Source: an uncultured Coxiellaceae bacterium
GTDB taxonomy: Bacteria > Pseudomonadota > Gammaproteobacteria > DSM-16500
Direction: 5' to 3'
Length of the DNA: 39,035 nucleotides
Assembly (NCBI GenBank): GCA_964484285.1
Contig: CAZAEO010000006.1
Span: forward strand, 1 to 39,035
Numbering within the stretch: the stretch's first letter is position 1; each line of letters opens with the position of its first letter. The notes under the pieces are model-generated. The model did no database searches. It was not told where the DNA came from and saw only the letters and a list, made by a program, of their open reading frames with translations. The translations under genes and the position numbers were made by a program. Positions 17,168-26,354 of the stretch are shown here, piece after piece.

Positions 17168-18124
17168 ATGCAACTTCGATTTTTGATTGTATTATTAGTT
17201 ATTCTATTTTTTTCACCGCTGACAATGGCTGATACTTATTTTGCTAATCAACCCAAAGTCAAAAAATTTATTACTCAAATGGTACATCAACATCATTTTA
17301 ATCGAAAAAAACTTATCGCCCTTTTTAACCAAGTAAAAATTAAACCTGCTATTATGCAAAGCATCAAAACACCCTTGGAAAAAAAGCCCTGGTATACTTA
17401 CCAAATGTTATTCGTAACTGAATGGCGCATACGGCAAGGCGTTCATTTTTGGAACAAATATCAGAAAGCGCTCGAAAAAGCAGAAAAAACATATGGTGTC
17501 CCGGCCAGCATTATAGTAGCAACCATTGGAGTTGAAACAAAATACGGTAAACATACGGGTAACTATCGTGTCATTGATGCTCTTTCTAATATCGCTTTTA
17601 GTGATTCTCCACGCTCACCTTTTTTTCGTAAAGAGCTAGAACAATTTTTATTACTTACACGCGAACAACACTTAAATCCCTTAAAAGTCATGGGCTCCTA
17701 TGCAGGTGCTATCGGCCAACCACAATTTATGCCGAGCAGCTACCGGCATTATGCAGTTAATTTTTCGGGTAACCCTAAAATTGATTTATCTAATAATGAA
17801 ATCGATGTAATTGGCAGCATCGCTAATTACTACAAAAAACATGGCTGGAAACCACAACAACCCGTGGCTATAAAAACAGCTTTAAAAGGCAAAAAGTATG
17901 GATTTTTAACTTCCTCTCAAGTCAATCTTGCTGATTATGGATTATCTACTGCACAAAAAGCAAAATTGATTGAGCTTGAAAACTATTTTGGGAGAGAATA
18001 CTGGTTAAGCTTTCATAATTTTGATGTAATTAAACGTTATAACCCTAGCGATTTATATGCTATGGCAGTTTATCAATTGAGTTATTATATTTCAATGTTA
18101 AAAGGGAAGCCGACGCATGATTAA
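17168..18124 (+). CDS. mltB: Lytic murein transglycosylase B family protein
   Basis: Signal peptide; the conserved MltB-family blocks (VPASIIVATIGVETKYG, GAIGQPQFMPSSY). Confidence 0.85.
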   Translation: MQLRFLIVLLVILFFSPLTMADTYFANQPKVKKFITQMVHQHHFNRKKLIALFNQVKIKPAIMQSIKTPLEKKPWYTYQMLFVTEWRIRQGVHFWNKYQKALEKAEKTYGVPASIIVATIGVETKYGKHTGNYRVIDALSNIAFSDSPRSPFFRKELEQFLLLTREQHLNPLKVMGSYAGAIGQPQFMPSSYRHYAVNFSGNPKIDLSNNEIDVIGSIANYYKKHGWKPQQPVAIKTALKGKKYGFLTSSQVNLADYGLSTAQKAKLIELENYFGREYWLSFHNFDVIKRYNPSDLYAMAVYQLSYYISMLKGKPTHD

Positions 18125-19004
18125 ACTAATAAGGACCACATTAAAGTTATTTTTAATTGGCGTGTTCTTGTTATTAAGTGCTTGCTCTACTATTAGAAAA
18201 GATGGCCCACCTTCTTATTATGTTGATGCCACTAAAATTCCAGATGCGACTCCTAAAGCAGAACCACAAAGCAAATATGGTAATAAGGCAAGCTATACTG
18301 TACTGGGTAAACGCTACTATGTCATGCCGACCAGTAAGCATTATGAAGAACAAGGCATTGCATCTTGGTATGGAACTAAATTCCATGCGCAACGCACTTC
18401 CAGCGGTGAACGTTACAATATGCTTGCAATGACAGCAGCGCATAAAACATTACCGTTGCCTACTTATGTACAAGTCACTAATCTAACCAACGGTAAAAAA
18501 ATTATTGTTAAAGTAAATGACCGTGGGCCTTTTGAAGGTAATAGATTAATTGATTTATCGTATGTTGCTGCTAAAAAACTCGGCATGCTGGGTCACGGAA
18601 CAACTTATGTCGACGTTAAAGCTATCGACCCACTCAAATATGGCCGAAATACACTTGATAAACCAGTTTATACTCGTGATTTTTATCTTACCCAAAACGC
18701 TGTTAAAACACCTGCGCCACACCCTACGTATTATGCATCTTCTCATTTAGGAAGACATCATCCTCATTTGTATCTCCAAGTGGGTGCGTTTAAAAATAAA
18801 CTTCTTGCCGAACAGCAGAAAAGACGCTTAATTGCTATGATCACTTCCTCTCCTATCAAAGTTACACCGCCAACAGATCAGAAAAAATTATATCGGGTAC
18901 AAATTGGTCCAATAAAAGATGTAGCAACAGCACAACATATTACTGCTCGTTTAAAAGCGGCTGGCTTAAACACCCACACCATTCAATCTCCTACGGAGGT
19001 GTAA
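18117..19004 (+). CDS. rlpA: Septal ring lytic transglycosylase RlpA (lipoprotein; DPBB domain plus C-terminal SPOR domain)
   Basis: Lipobox LLSAC; DPBB block SWYG...GERY...MTAAHKTLPL..VQVTNL.NGK.I.VKVNDRGPF; C-terminal SPOR-like repeat (YLQVGAFKN...). Confidence 0.88.
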   Translation: MIKLIRTTLKLFLIGVFLLLSACSTIRKDGPPSYYVDATKIPDATPKAEPQSKYGNKASYTVLGKRYYVMPTSKHYEEQGIASWYGTKFHAQRTSSGERYNMLAMTAAHKTLPLPTYVQVTNLTNGKKIIVKVNDRGPFEGNRLIDLSYVAAKKLGMLGHGTTYVDVKAIDPLKYGRNTLDKPVYTRDFYLTQNAVKTPAPHPTYYASSHLGRHHPHLYLQVGAFKNKLLAEQQKRRLIAMITSSPIKVTPPTDQKKLYRVQIGPIKDVATAQHITARLKAAGLNTHTIQSPTEV

Positions 19005-19007
19005 CAT

Positions 19008-20363
19008 TTGTTGCTGGCACTGGTTGGTATTATTCTCACTATCCTATTAGTTGTAGGAATACATGAATTCGGCCATTTTTTAGCTGCACGATTGTTAGGA
19101 ATCAAAGTATTACGTTTTTCAATTGGTTTTGGCAAAGCGCTTGTACGTTGGCATGACAAAAAAGGCACGGAATATGTTATAGCCGCAATCCCGTTAGGCG
19201 GTTACGTCAAAATATTAAATGAAGAAGAAGACAAAGTCGCAGAAGAAGAATTGCATCTTGCTTTTAATCGACAACCTTTTTACAAAAAATTTCTGGTAGT
19301 GATAGCAGGCCCTTTGTTCAATTTGATTTTAGCCTTTTTTTTATATTGGTCATTATTCGTCATTGGATTTACCAGCATTGTTCCTGTGGTTGGAAAAGTG
19401 ATGCCTCATTCTATTGCGGAAGAAGCCGGGATTAAACCACAACAAGAAATTTTAAAAATTGATGACAAACCCACTACAAGCTGGATGGCTGTTGTCATTC
19501 GCATTTTGGCGCGCACGGGTGAAACAGGTCAACTGCGCATAGAAACCAGAAAATTTGATACCCAACAAAATCCACGAACACACTTACTCGATTTAACTCA
19601 CTGGCGTATGGATGAATTAAAACCTGATCCGTTAGGCAGTTTAGGCGTAGTGCCTTATGAACCCAAATTACCAGCCATTATTGGGACCATTCATCCAGAT
19701 ACGCCCGCTGCAAAAACAAATTTAAAAATCGGCGATAAAATCATTGCAGTCAATAACAAACCGATTGCCCATTGGCATGCATTAATCGAGATAATTGATG
19801 CACACCCTACGCAAAAACTATCATTCACTATTCGCCGCGATAACACTCTCCACACAATCTCAGTTACGACTGATTATCAACGCGACATGTTATTTAGAAA
19901 ACATGGTTTCTTAGGTATTTCTCCACAATTTCATTGGCCGGAAAATTTTCTCTATAAAAATAAATATGGCCCTATCGCAGCACTATCCCATGCCTGGCAA
20001 AGTACTTCTGATTTTATTGGGTTAAATTTCATGGTGATTGGCAAATTGCTTCAGGGAAAAATTTCGCTGCACAGTCTAGGCGGACCGATTTCCATTTTTC
20101 AAGGTGCAGGCGCTGCTTTTCATCAAGGTATTATTCCGTTTTTAAATTTTTTGGCTTTTTTAAGCATAGCAATCGGCATTATTAACATTTTGCCCATTCC
20201 AGGACTCGATGGAGGACATATTTTATTTCAGGTAATTGAAGCCATTACTCGCCGTCCTCTTTCACCACGCGTGCTAGCATTATGTTATCGATTAGGGATT
20301 ATTTTGCTCTTCTTGTTAGTTTTTCAAGCGATCATCAATGATATATTGCGGTTATATAGATAG
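19008..20363 (+). CDS. rseP: Sigma-E protease regulator RseP (site-2 protease, M50 family). TTG start 3 nt after the rlpA stop, with GGAGGTG Shine-Dalgarno.
   Basis: HEFGH zinc motif in the first TM helix; a central PDZ-like region; C-terminal LDGGH motif; 451 aa. Confidence 0.88.
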   Translation: MLLALVGIILTILLVVGIHEFGHFLAARLLGIKVLRFSIGFGKALVRWHDKKGTEYVIAAIPLGGYVKILNEEEDKVAEEELHLAFNRQPFYKKFLVVIAGPLFNLILAFFLYWSLFVIGFTSIVPVVGKVMPHSIAEEAGIKPQQEILKIDDKPTTSWMAVVIRILARTGETGQLRIETRKFDTQQNPRTHLLDLTHWRMDELKPDPLGSLGVVPYEPKLPAIIGTIHPDTPAAKTNLKIGDKIIAVNNKPIAHWHALIEIIDAHPTQKLSFTIRRDNTLHTISVTTDYQRDMLFRKHGFLGISPQFHWPENFLYKNKYGPIAALSHAWQSTSDFIGLNFMVIGKLLQGKISLHSLGGPISIFQGAGAAFHQGIIPFLNFLAFLSIAIGIINILPIPGLDGGHILFQVIEAITRRPLSPRVLALCYRLGIILLFLLVFQAIINDILRLYR

Positions 20364-20414
20364 CCAACCCCTTGCAATGATGAAGCAAACAACATATCTT
20401 TAGCAGTCCTAATA

Positions 20415-20502
20415 ATAATACTCAGGGGAGCTGCAAAAGCAGCTGAGAGGTTCCTCGTTGGAACGACCCTTAACCTGATCCAGGTAATGCTGGCGTAGGA
20501 AG
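20415..20502 (+). promoter_or_regulatory. TPP (thiamine pyrophosphate) riboswitch (THI element). Its 3' end overlaps the AGGAAG Shine-Dalgarno of the downstream ABC-transporter operon.
   Basis: Sequence read: GGGGAGC..GCUGAGA..(variable P3 hairpin ggttcc/ggaacg)..ACCC..UUAACCUGAUCCAGGUAAUGCUGGCGUAGGAA. This matches the conserved THI-box cores CUGAGA and ACCUGAUCYAGNUAAUACYGGCGNAGGGA. Confidence 0.85.
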
Positions 20503-20510
20503 AAGTGAAA

Positions 20511-21263
20511 ATGAAAGCCCATATATCCACTATTATCATGCGCCAAGTGCATCTTGCCTATGGTCAGCATGTTTTATTTGATCATTTGAACGTCACTTTT
20601 GCGGCGAACAAATGTAGCTGTATATTAGGTCAAAGCGGTGTAGGTAAAAGCACTTTACTTAAATTGATCGCTGGACTCATTCCAAAACAAATCTCTAGCC
20701 ATATTTCTTCTGATAATAATCAACTCTTATCAGAACAAATCGCCTACATGGCCCAAACCGATTTGTTATTACCGTGGTGCTCCGCTCTCGATAATGCATT
20801 AATTAGCGCACGATTACGCGGCAAACATTCAACTTTATTACGCACACGAGCACAGAATTTATTTGCCCAAGTTGGCTTAGCAGGTGCCGAAAAAAAATTT
20901 CCTTATCAATTATCTGGCGGCATGCGGCAACGTGTTGCACTTGTGCGTACTTTACTCGAAGACAAACCTATTATTTTAATGGATGAACCCTTTTCTGCTG
21001 TCGATGCTATTACCCGTTTTAAATTACAAACATTGACAGCAACGCTTTTAAAAAATCGCACCGTATTGCTTGTTACACATGATCCAACAGAAGCCTTGCG
21101 CCTCGCGGATGAAATTTATATTTTATCTGGGCAGCCAGCTAATCTACATAAGATCATAACATTGAATAGCCCAGCCCCACGCGACTTCTCTCATGTGGAA
21201 ATTATGCAACAGCAAGCACGCTTATTTGCTGCATTAACAAATGCAAAGGAAGCATGTTTATGA
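20511..21263 (+). CDS. ABC transporter ATP-binding protein of a ThiZ-like pyrimidine (HMP/FAMP) salvage transporter. The start was set to the ATG 8 nt after the Shine-Dalgarno; the ORF track begins at a GTG at 20505.
   Basis: Walker A GQSGVGKST, ABC signature LSGGMRQR, and Walker B ILMDEP. It is the first gene after the TPP riboswitch. Confidence 0.85.
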   Translation: MKAHISTIIMRQVHLAYGQHVLFDHLNVTFAANKCSCILGQSGVGKSTLLKLIAGLIPKQISSHISSDNNQLLSEQIAYMAQTDLLLPWCSALDNALISARLRGKHSTLLRTRAQNLFAQVGLAGAEKKFPYQLSGGMRQRVALVRTLLEDKPIILMDEPFSAVDAITRFKLQTLTATLLKNRTVLLVTHDPTEALRLADEIYILSGQPANLHKIITLNSPAPRDFSHVEIMQQQARLFAALTNAKEACL

Positions 21264-22003
21264 AGTTCGTTCTACGTGGATTATTGGTATTTTTTAGCAT
21301 TATTTTGCTATGGCAAAGCCTGGTGAGCCTATTTCATCTACCTCCCTACATTCTTCCTTCACCCTTCGCAGTCATGCATATAGGGTATGATCGTTTTAAT
21401 CTCCTTGCACATGAAGCAATGATTACCATCATGGAAACACTATTGGGACTATCACTCGGCATATTGTTAGGTTGTCTTGCTGCATTAGTGATGGTATTCT
21501 GTAGACCATTTAGCTTTTGGTTATTCCCAATATTAATTATCAGTCAAGCCATCCCAACTTTTGCTATCGCGCCGTTACTCGTGATTTGGTTCGGTTATGG
21601 TATAGCGTCAAAAATTGCAACGACGATTATTATGATTTTTTTCCCTATAACAAGTGCATTTTTTGATGGATTACAGCGAACAGAATCGGGCTGGATTGAC
21701 TTGGCTAAAACCATGAATGCCAAAAGATGGCGTTTTTTTTGGTATATTCGCATTCCAGCAGCGCTTCCCCAGCTTGCTTCCGGATTGCGGGTTGCAACAG
21801 CTATCGCGCCCATTGGTGCGGTTGTGGGCGAATGGGTCGGTGCAAGCCAGGGTTTAGGATTTTTAATGTTGAATGCCAATGCACGCATGCAAATCAATCT
21901 GCTGTTTGCTGCATTGTTTGTGCTGGTTATGTTTTCATTAACACTCTATTTTCTAGTCGATAAATTATTATGGATATTCATACCATGGCAACAAAAAGAA
22001 TAA
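21254..22003 (+). CDS. ABC transporter permease (ThiX-like; binding-protein-dependent transport family with 6 TM helices)
   Basis: Multi-TM ORF overlapping the ATPase stop by 10 nt, with an EAA-like loop; same operon. Confidence 0.8.
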   Translation: MFMKFVLRGLLVFFSIILLWQSLVSLFHLPPYILPSPFAVMHIGYDRFNLLAHEAMITIMETLLGLSLGILLGCLAALVMVFCRPFSFWLFPILIISQAIPTFAIAPLLVIWFGYGIASKIATTIIMIFFPITSAFFDGLQRTESGWIDLAKTMNAKRWRFFWYIRIPAALPQLASGLRVATAIAPIGAVVGEWVGASQGLGFLMLNANARMQINLLFAALFVLVMFSLTLYFLVDKLLWIFIPWQQKE

Positions 22004-22947
22004 AAAATTATTTTATTGCATTGTTAGGAATACTTTTTTTCTTAGCGTATTCTGCAAATACATTAGCAGAAAATAAAAAATTAACTGTTTTATTAGATTG
22101 GTTTGCTAATCCAAGCCACGCTCCTTTATTTGTTGCCGAACAACAAGGTTTCTTTAAAGCTGAAGGGCTTGATGTAGAACTCATTGGCCCTGCTGATCCA
22201 GCTGATCCACCGAAATTAGTTGCTGCAGGCAAAGCAGATATCGCCATTACCTATGAACCCCAATTTATTGAACAAGTAGAACAAGGTTTTCCCCTCATAC
22301 GCATTGGTACACTGATCAACAAACCGCTGAATTGCCTGGTCGTTTTACAAAGCAACCCCATACATACCATTCAAGATTTAAAAGGAAAACGCATCGGCTA
22401 TAGTAGCGGTGGTAGCGTTAATAGTATTACATTAAAAACCATGCTAGAAAATAATGGATTACATTTAAATGATACGCAGCACATCAATGTACATTATGAT
22501 TTAACTCAAGCATTACTTTCGCGTAATGTGGATGCCGTAACAGGTATGATGCGCACTTTCGAGGTCATTCAAATGGAATTGGCTGGGCACCCTGCGCGAT
22601 TATTTCTTCCGGAAAAAAATGGCGTACCTTCTTATAGCGAACTCATTTTTGTGATAAACAAAAATACTATTCAAGATCCTCGCTATCGCAAATTTTTAAA
22701 TGCACTCCAAAAAGGCGTAATCTATCTACAACTTCATCCTGAAGAAACCTGGAAGGCCTTCGCAAAAACACTTCCGGAATTAAACGATACACTCAACCAC
22801 CGCGCCTGGATCGCTACCCTGCCCTATTTTGCAAAAAATCCTGCTTATTTTGACTCACAAGAATGGCTGGCATTCGCGCAATTTATGCAGAAAAATGGTT
22901 TAATTAAAAACGCTCTCCCTATTGATTACTATGCAAGGATAATTTAA
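21970..22947 (+). CDS. NMT1/THI5-like periplasmic substrate-binding protein (ThiY-like). The start codon is uncertain; the alternative is 21985.
   Basis: Signal peptide; the NMT1/SsuA-family block KLTVLLDWFANPSHAPLFVAEQQGFF; located in the TPP-riboswitch-controlled operon. Confidence 0.75.
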   Translation: MDIHTMATKRIKNYFIALLGILFFLAYSANTLAENKKLTVLLDWFANPSHAPLFVAEQQGFFKAEGLDVELIGPADPADPPKLVAAGKADIAITYEPQFIEQVEQGFPLIRIGTLINKPLNCLVVLQSNPIHTIQDLKGKRIGYSSGGSVNSITLKTMLENNGLHLNDTQHINVHYDLTQALLSRNVDAVTGMMRTFEVIQMELAGHPARLFLPEKNGVPSYSELIFVINKNTIQDPRYRKFLNALQKGVIYLQLHPEETWKAFAKTLPELNDTLNHRAWIATLPYFAKNPAYFDSQEWLAFAQFMQKNGLIKNALPIDYYARII

Positions 22948-24053
22948 TGTCATTACCACTCGCGGTTATTTTATTATTAGCTGTTATTGTACTCATCCTG
23001 TTTATGCGCCAACAAACCAAGCATCAGGATTTGCAAACACTTAAAATATTACAAGATACATTACGGCAAGGTTTCCAAGAAACTCGCATGCAAGTAAAAG
23101 AGGCATTGCAAGACTATTCAAGCGATGTAAGTAAACGCGTAGAGTTACTTAACCAAACGACAGATTTGCGCTTAAAAGAAATTAATCAACAAGTAGAAAA
23201 ACGTTTAACTGAAGGCTTTGAAAAAACAAATGAAACATTTAACAACATCATTCAGCGTCTCGCGCTCATCGATGCTGCACAGAAAAAAATTACTGAGTTA
23301 TCTCATAACATAGTCAGTTTGCAAGAAATTTTAACAGATAAAAAATCACGCGGCGCATTTGGTGAGGTACAACTTTCAGCATTGATTCGCAATGTTATTC
23401 CCGAACAACATTTCTCTTTTCAACATACATTAAGTAATGGTAAACGTGCTGATTGCATTTTACTTTTACCAGAACCGACGGGAAATATCGTCATTGATGC
23501 CAAATTTCCATTAGAAAATTTTCGCATTCTAATTGACGCCAATCTATCTGCAGCAGAAAGAAAAACAGCAGAGCAACAATTTAAAATTGATATCCGCAAA
23601 CATATTCAAGACATCGCGGAAAAATATATCTTGCCAGGTGAAACCGCGGATGGAGCCATCTTATTTATTCCAGCTGAAGCCATATTTGCTGAAATTCATG
23701 CGCATCATTCAGAACTGGTTGAGGTAGCACATCGAGCAAAAGTATGGTTAGTTTCACCCACCACGATGATGGCTATCCTAACGACCGCACGTGCAGTTTT
23801 AAAAGATGCGGCTACGCGTCAACAACTGCATATTATTCAAAAACATTTACATTTGCTAGCAACTGATTTTGAGCGCTTCCAAAAGCGCATGGATAATCTT
23901 GCACGACATATTGAACAAGCGCACACTGATGCCACTGAAGTACATACTTCAGCAAAAAAAATCACTCAACGCTTTGAGCAAATTGAAAAAGTAGAACTGG
24001 ATGGAATAAAGTCTAGTAACGCACTACCTGTAGAAGAAAAACAAGATTCTTAA
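22947..24053 (+). CDS. rmuC: DNA recombination protein RmuC
   Basis: N-terminal TM helix plus a long coiled coil, and a C-terminal RmuC nuclease-like domain (ILLLPEPTGNIVIDAKFP, WLVSPTTMMAIL). Its start overlaps the preceding stop (taATG). Confidence 0.85.
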   Translation: MSLPLAVILLLAVIVLILFMRQQTKHQDLQTLKILQDTLRQGFQETRMQVKEALQDYSSDVSKRVELLNQTTDLRLKEINQQVEKRLTEGFEKTNETFNNIIQRLALIDAAQKKITELSHNIVSLQEILTDKKSRGAFGEVQLSALIRNVIPEQHFSFQHTLSNGKRADCILLLPEPTGNIVIDAKFPLENFRILIDANLSAAERKTAEQQFKIDIRKHIQDIAEKYILPGETADGAILFIPAEAIFAEIHAHHSELVEVAHRAKVWLVSPTTMMAILTTARAVLKDAATRQQLHIIQKHLHLLATDFERFQKRMDNLARHIEQAHTDATEVHTSAKKITQRFEQIEKVELDGIKSSNALPVEEKQDS

Positions 24054-24299
24054 ATCTTTTTTAAGAAAATTTCTGCATTTAAAGCATCTTTGCAGGCTTT
24101 TATGACTCCCCCGCAACTTATTCAGGAGGGCATCCTATGATTTTTGTCCTGTGCAAAGCCCGATTGCCCTGTGAATTCCTCCATTAAATCCATCGTCTTA
24201 AGATTTTCTTAAGGTTAATTTGTTTAATATGAATAATGAGAGCATTGTTTTTAGACAATACTCCTATTCAATAAATTAACTCTTCTTAGGAGAATCGAC

Positions 24300-24899
24300 G
24301 TGGCCGAAGCACGGATAGCTCTAAGTGATCTTACTCATATAAAAATAGATACACTCTATGAAGAACATAAATTTGCATGTATGGCTCGTGATAGCGGAGA
24401 AGAAAGCCTCCACCCCGTTTCTAAAGATTTTGCGGATTATATCCACCACTTAGAAGAAGAAATAAAAACACGTCCCGACAGATTAAAACACCTTGCCAAT
24501 AAACTCACAGAAAATTATCTTCAAAAATATACCTCCCGTACACCTTCCGAAAGATTACCTATAGGCGTTTCTGACTCGGTAGGTTCTTGGATAGATTGGG
24601 GAATATCTTATATTGGTCTTGGTCTCTTTAAAACCAACCAGAAATATGCTGTCCGCGCAAAAAATATTGCAGAAATGGCCGCAAGCGAATGTGATGTGGA
24701 ATACAGGAAATCTCCACTTTTTGATAGAACAAAGAGAATCCAAATTGCTTTAGGAGAATTAGAAAAAATTTATCAAGAAATGTATAAAGCGAATATTAAA
24801 AAAGGTGAAGTCATTAGCATGCTAGAAGAAACATTTAGAGATTATTTCTTAGAATCAAACAATCATTTGAACAAATCAAAAAAAATGTTTTTGACTTGA
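24300..24899 (+). CDS. Hypothetical protein of 199 aa, GTG start with AGGAGAA Shine-Dalgarno, no recognisable domain
   Basis: Clean ORF in a 0.85-kb gap between rmuC and cysS. GC is ~35%, below the backbone, and it is followed directly by repeat copy B. Confidence 0.5.
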   Translation: MAEARIALSDLTHIKIDTLYEEHKFACMARDSGEESLHPVSKDFADYIHHLEEEIKTRPDRLKHLANKLTENYLQKYTSRTPSERLPIGVSDSVGSWIDWGISYIGLGLFKTNQKYAVRAKNIAEMAASECDVEYRKSPLFDRTKRIQIALGELEKIYQEMYKANIKKGEVISMLEETFRDYFLESNNHLNKSKKMFLT

Positions 24900-24930
24900 A
24901 AGTTACATTTAACCTAGATTCAGTGCAGCA

Positions 24931-24965
24931 GACCTTCGCAGCAGGTTACAACTGCCGAATTTAGG
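24931..24965 (+). repeat. Copy B of the dispersed repeat. The core 24944..24965 is identical to 27..48. It lies in the 72-bp convergent intergenic space before cysS.
   Basis: Exact 22-nt identity read from the sequence. The chance expectation for a 22-mer repeat in 39 kb is ~4e-5. Confidence 0.6.
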
Positions 24966-24971
24966 TTTAAT

Positions 24972-26354
24972 TTAATTACTATTCTTCCAAGTCGTTCCAC
25001 CAGCCCCATCTTCCAACACAACAGACATGGCAAGCAATTCATCGCGAATACGATCTGCTTCTACCCAGTTTTTTTCTGCGCGTGCTTGATTACGCGCAGC
25101 AATTAAGCTTTCAATTTTTGCAACATCCATATTCTCTTTTCTACCTTGCAGAAATTGCATCGCGTTAGCTTGCAAAATACCCAATACACCACCTAATCGT
25201 TTTAATAATACTGCATGCTGTCCTGCTAATTGTAAATCACCCTGATTGCGTAACCGCTGAATTTCATGCGCTAATTCAAATAATACAGAAAACGCAATGG
25301 GTGTGTTAAAATCATCATCCATTGCAGTAACAAATTGCTTTTCATATTCAGTATCGAGAAGATCATCCGCATGAGGCAAATCACGCAACGCAGTATAAAA
25401 ACGTTCTAACGCATGCTGCGCTTGCTGTAGCAAATCTTTGGAAAAATGAAGTGGACTGCGATAATGCCCAGCAAGCAGAAAATAACGCAATACTTCAGGG
25501 GAATAATCTTTTAGAATATCGCGAATCGTGAAAAAATTACCTAATGATTTGGACATCTTTTCTTTTTCAATTTGCAAATAACCTGCGTGCAACCAGTAAT
25601 TGACAAATTTTTTGTTCGTTGCGCTTTCTGATTGTGCAATTTCATTTTCATGATGCGGAAAAATCAAATCCTTACCGCCCCCATGCATATCAAAACTTTC
25701 TCCTAATAATTGCATAGACATAGCAGAACATTCAATATGCCAACCAGGTCGGCCATGACCCCATGGCGACTGCCAAGAAGGTTCGCCTGGCTTTGCCATT
25801 TTCCATAATACAAAATCCAATGGATCACGCTTTACATCTGAAATTTCTACACGCGCACCACTTTCCAAATCATCAATGTTACGATGTGATAAACTACCAT
25901 ACTGCTTAAACTGTCTAACATCAAAATAAACATCTCCATTGGCAGCAACATATGCGTAATGATTTGCGATTAATTTCTCAACCAAAGCAATAATGTGCGG
26001 CACAAATTCCGTGGCTTTAGGTTCATCATCAGGTTTAAGCAAATTTAATTTTTGCATGTCTTCACAAAAAGCTTGAGTAAAATACTCAACGACAGAAATA
26101 AATTCTTGCTTGCTTTCATTTGCTCGTTTAATAATTTTATCATCAATGTCCGTTATATTACGCACGTACGTAACCACATAACCACGATAACGCAAATAAC
26201 GCACTATCGCATCAAATGCAGTAAAGCTGCGCGCATTACCGATATGGCAATAATCATATACAGTGGGCCCGCAAACATAAATTTTAACTTTACCTTTTTC
26301 AATAGGTTGAAAAGTTTCTTTTTTGCGCGATAGACTGTTATAGATTTGTAACAT
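24972..26354 (-). CDS. cysS: Cysteine--tRNA ligase
   Basis: 460 aa. HIGH motif region [16 protein letters not shown] and the KMSKS motif. Confidence 0.95.
   Translation of the reverse strand: MLQIYNSLSRKKETFQPIEKGKVKIYVCGPTVYDYCHIGNARSFTAFDAIVRYLRYRGYVVTYVRNITDIDDKIIKRANESKQEFISVVEYFTQAFCEDMQKLNLLKPDDEPKATEFVPHIIALVEKLIANHYAYVAANGDVYFDVRQFKQYGSLSHRNIDDLESGARVEISDVKRDPLDFVLWKMAKPGEPSWQSPWGHGRPGWHIECSAMSMQLLGESFDMHGGGKDLIFPHHENEIAQSESATNKKFVNYWLHAGYLQIEKEKMSKSLGNFFTIRDILKDYSPEVLRYFLLAGHYRSPLHFSKDLLQQAQHALERFYTALRDLPHADDLLDTEYEKQFVTAMDDDFNTPIAFSVLFELAHEIQRLRNQGDLQLAGQHAVLLKRLGGVLGILQANAMQFLQGRKENMDVAKIESLIAARNQARAEKNWVEADRIRDELLAMSVVLEDGAGGTTWKNSN

Noticed and set aside
14-24965. The 22-bp direct repeats as att sites bounding a ~25-kb integrated island
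   Set aside because: No integrase, transposase, tRNA or phage genes were found. The interval is dominated by housekeeping genes (htpG, hemH, mrdAB, rseP, rmuC) with backbone GC.
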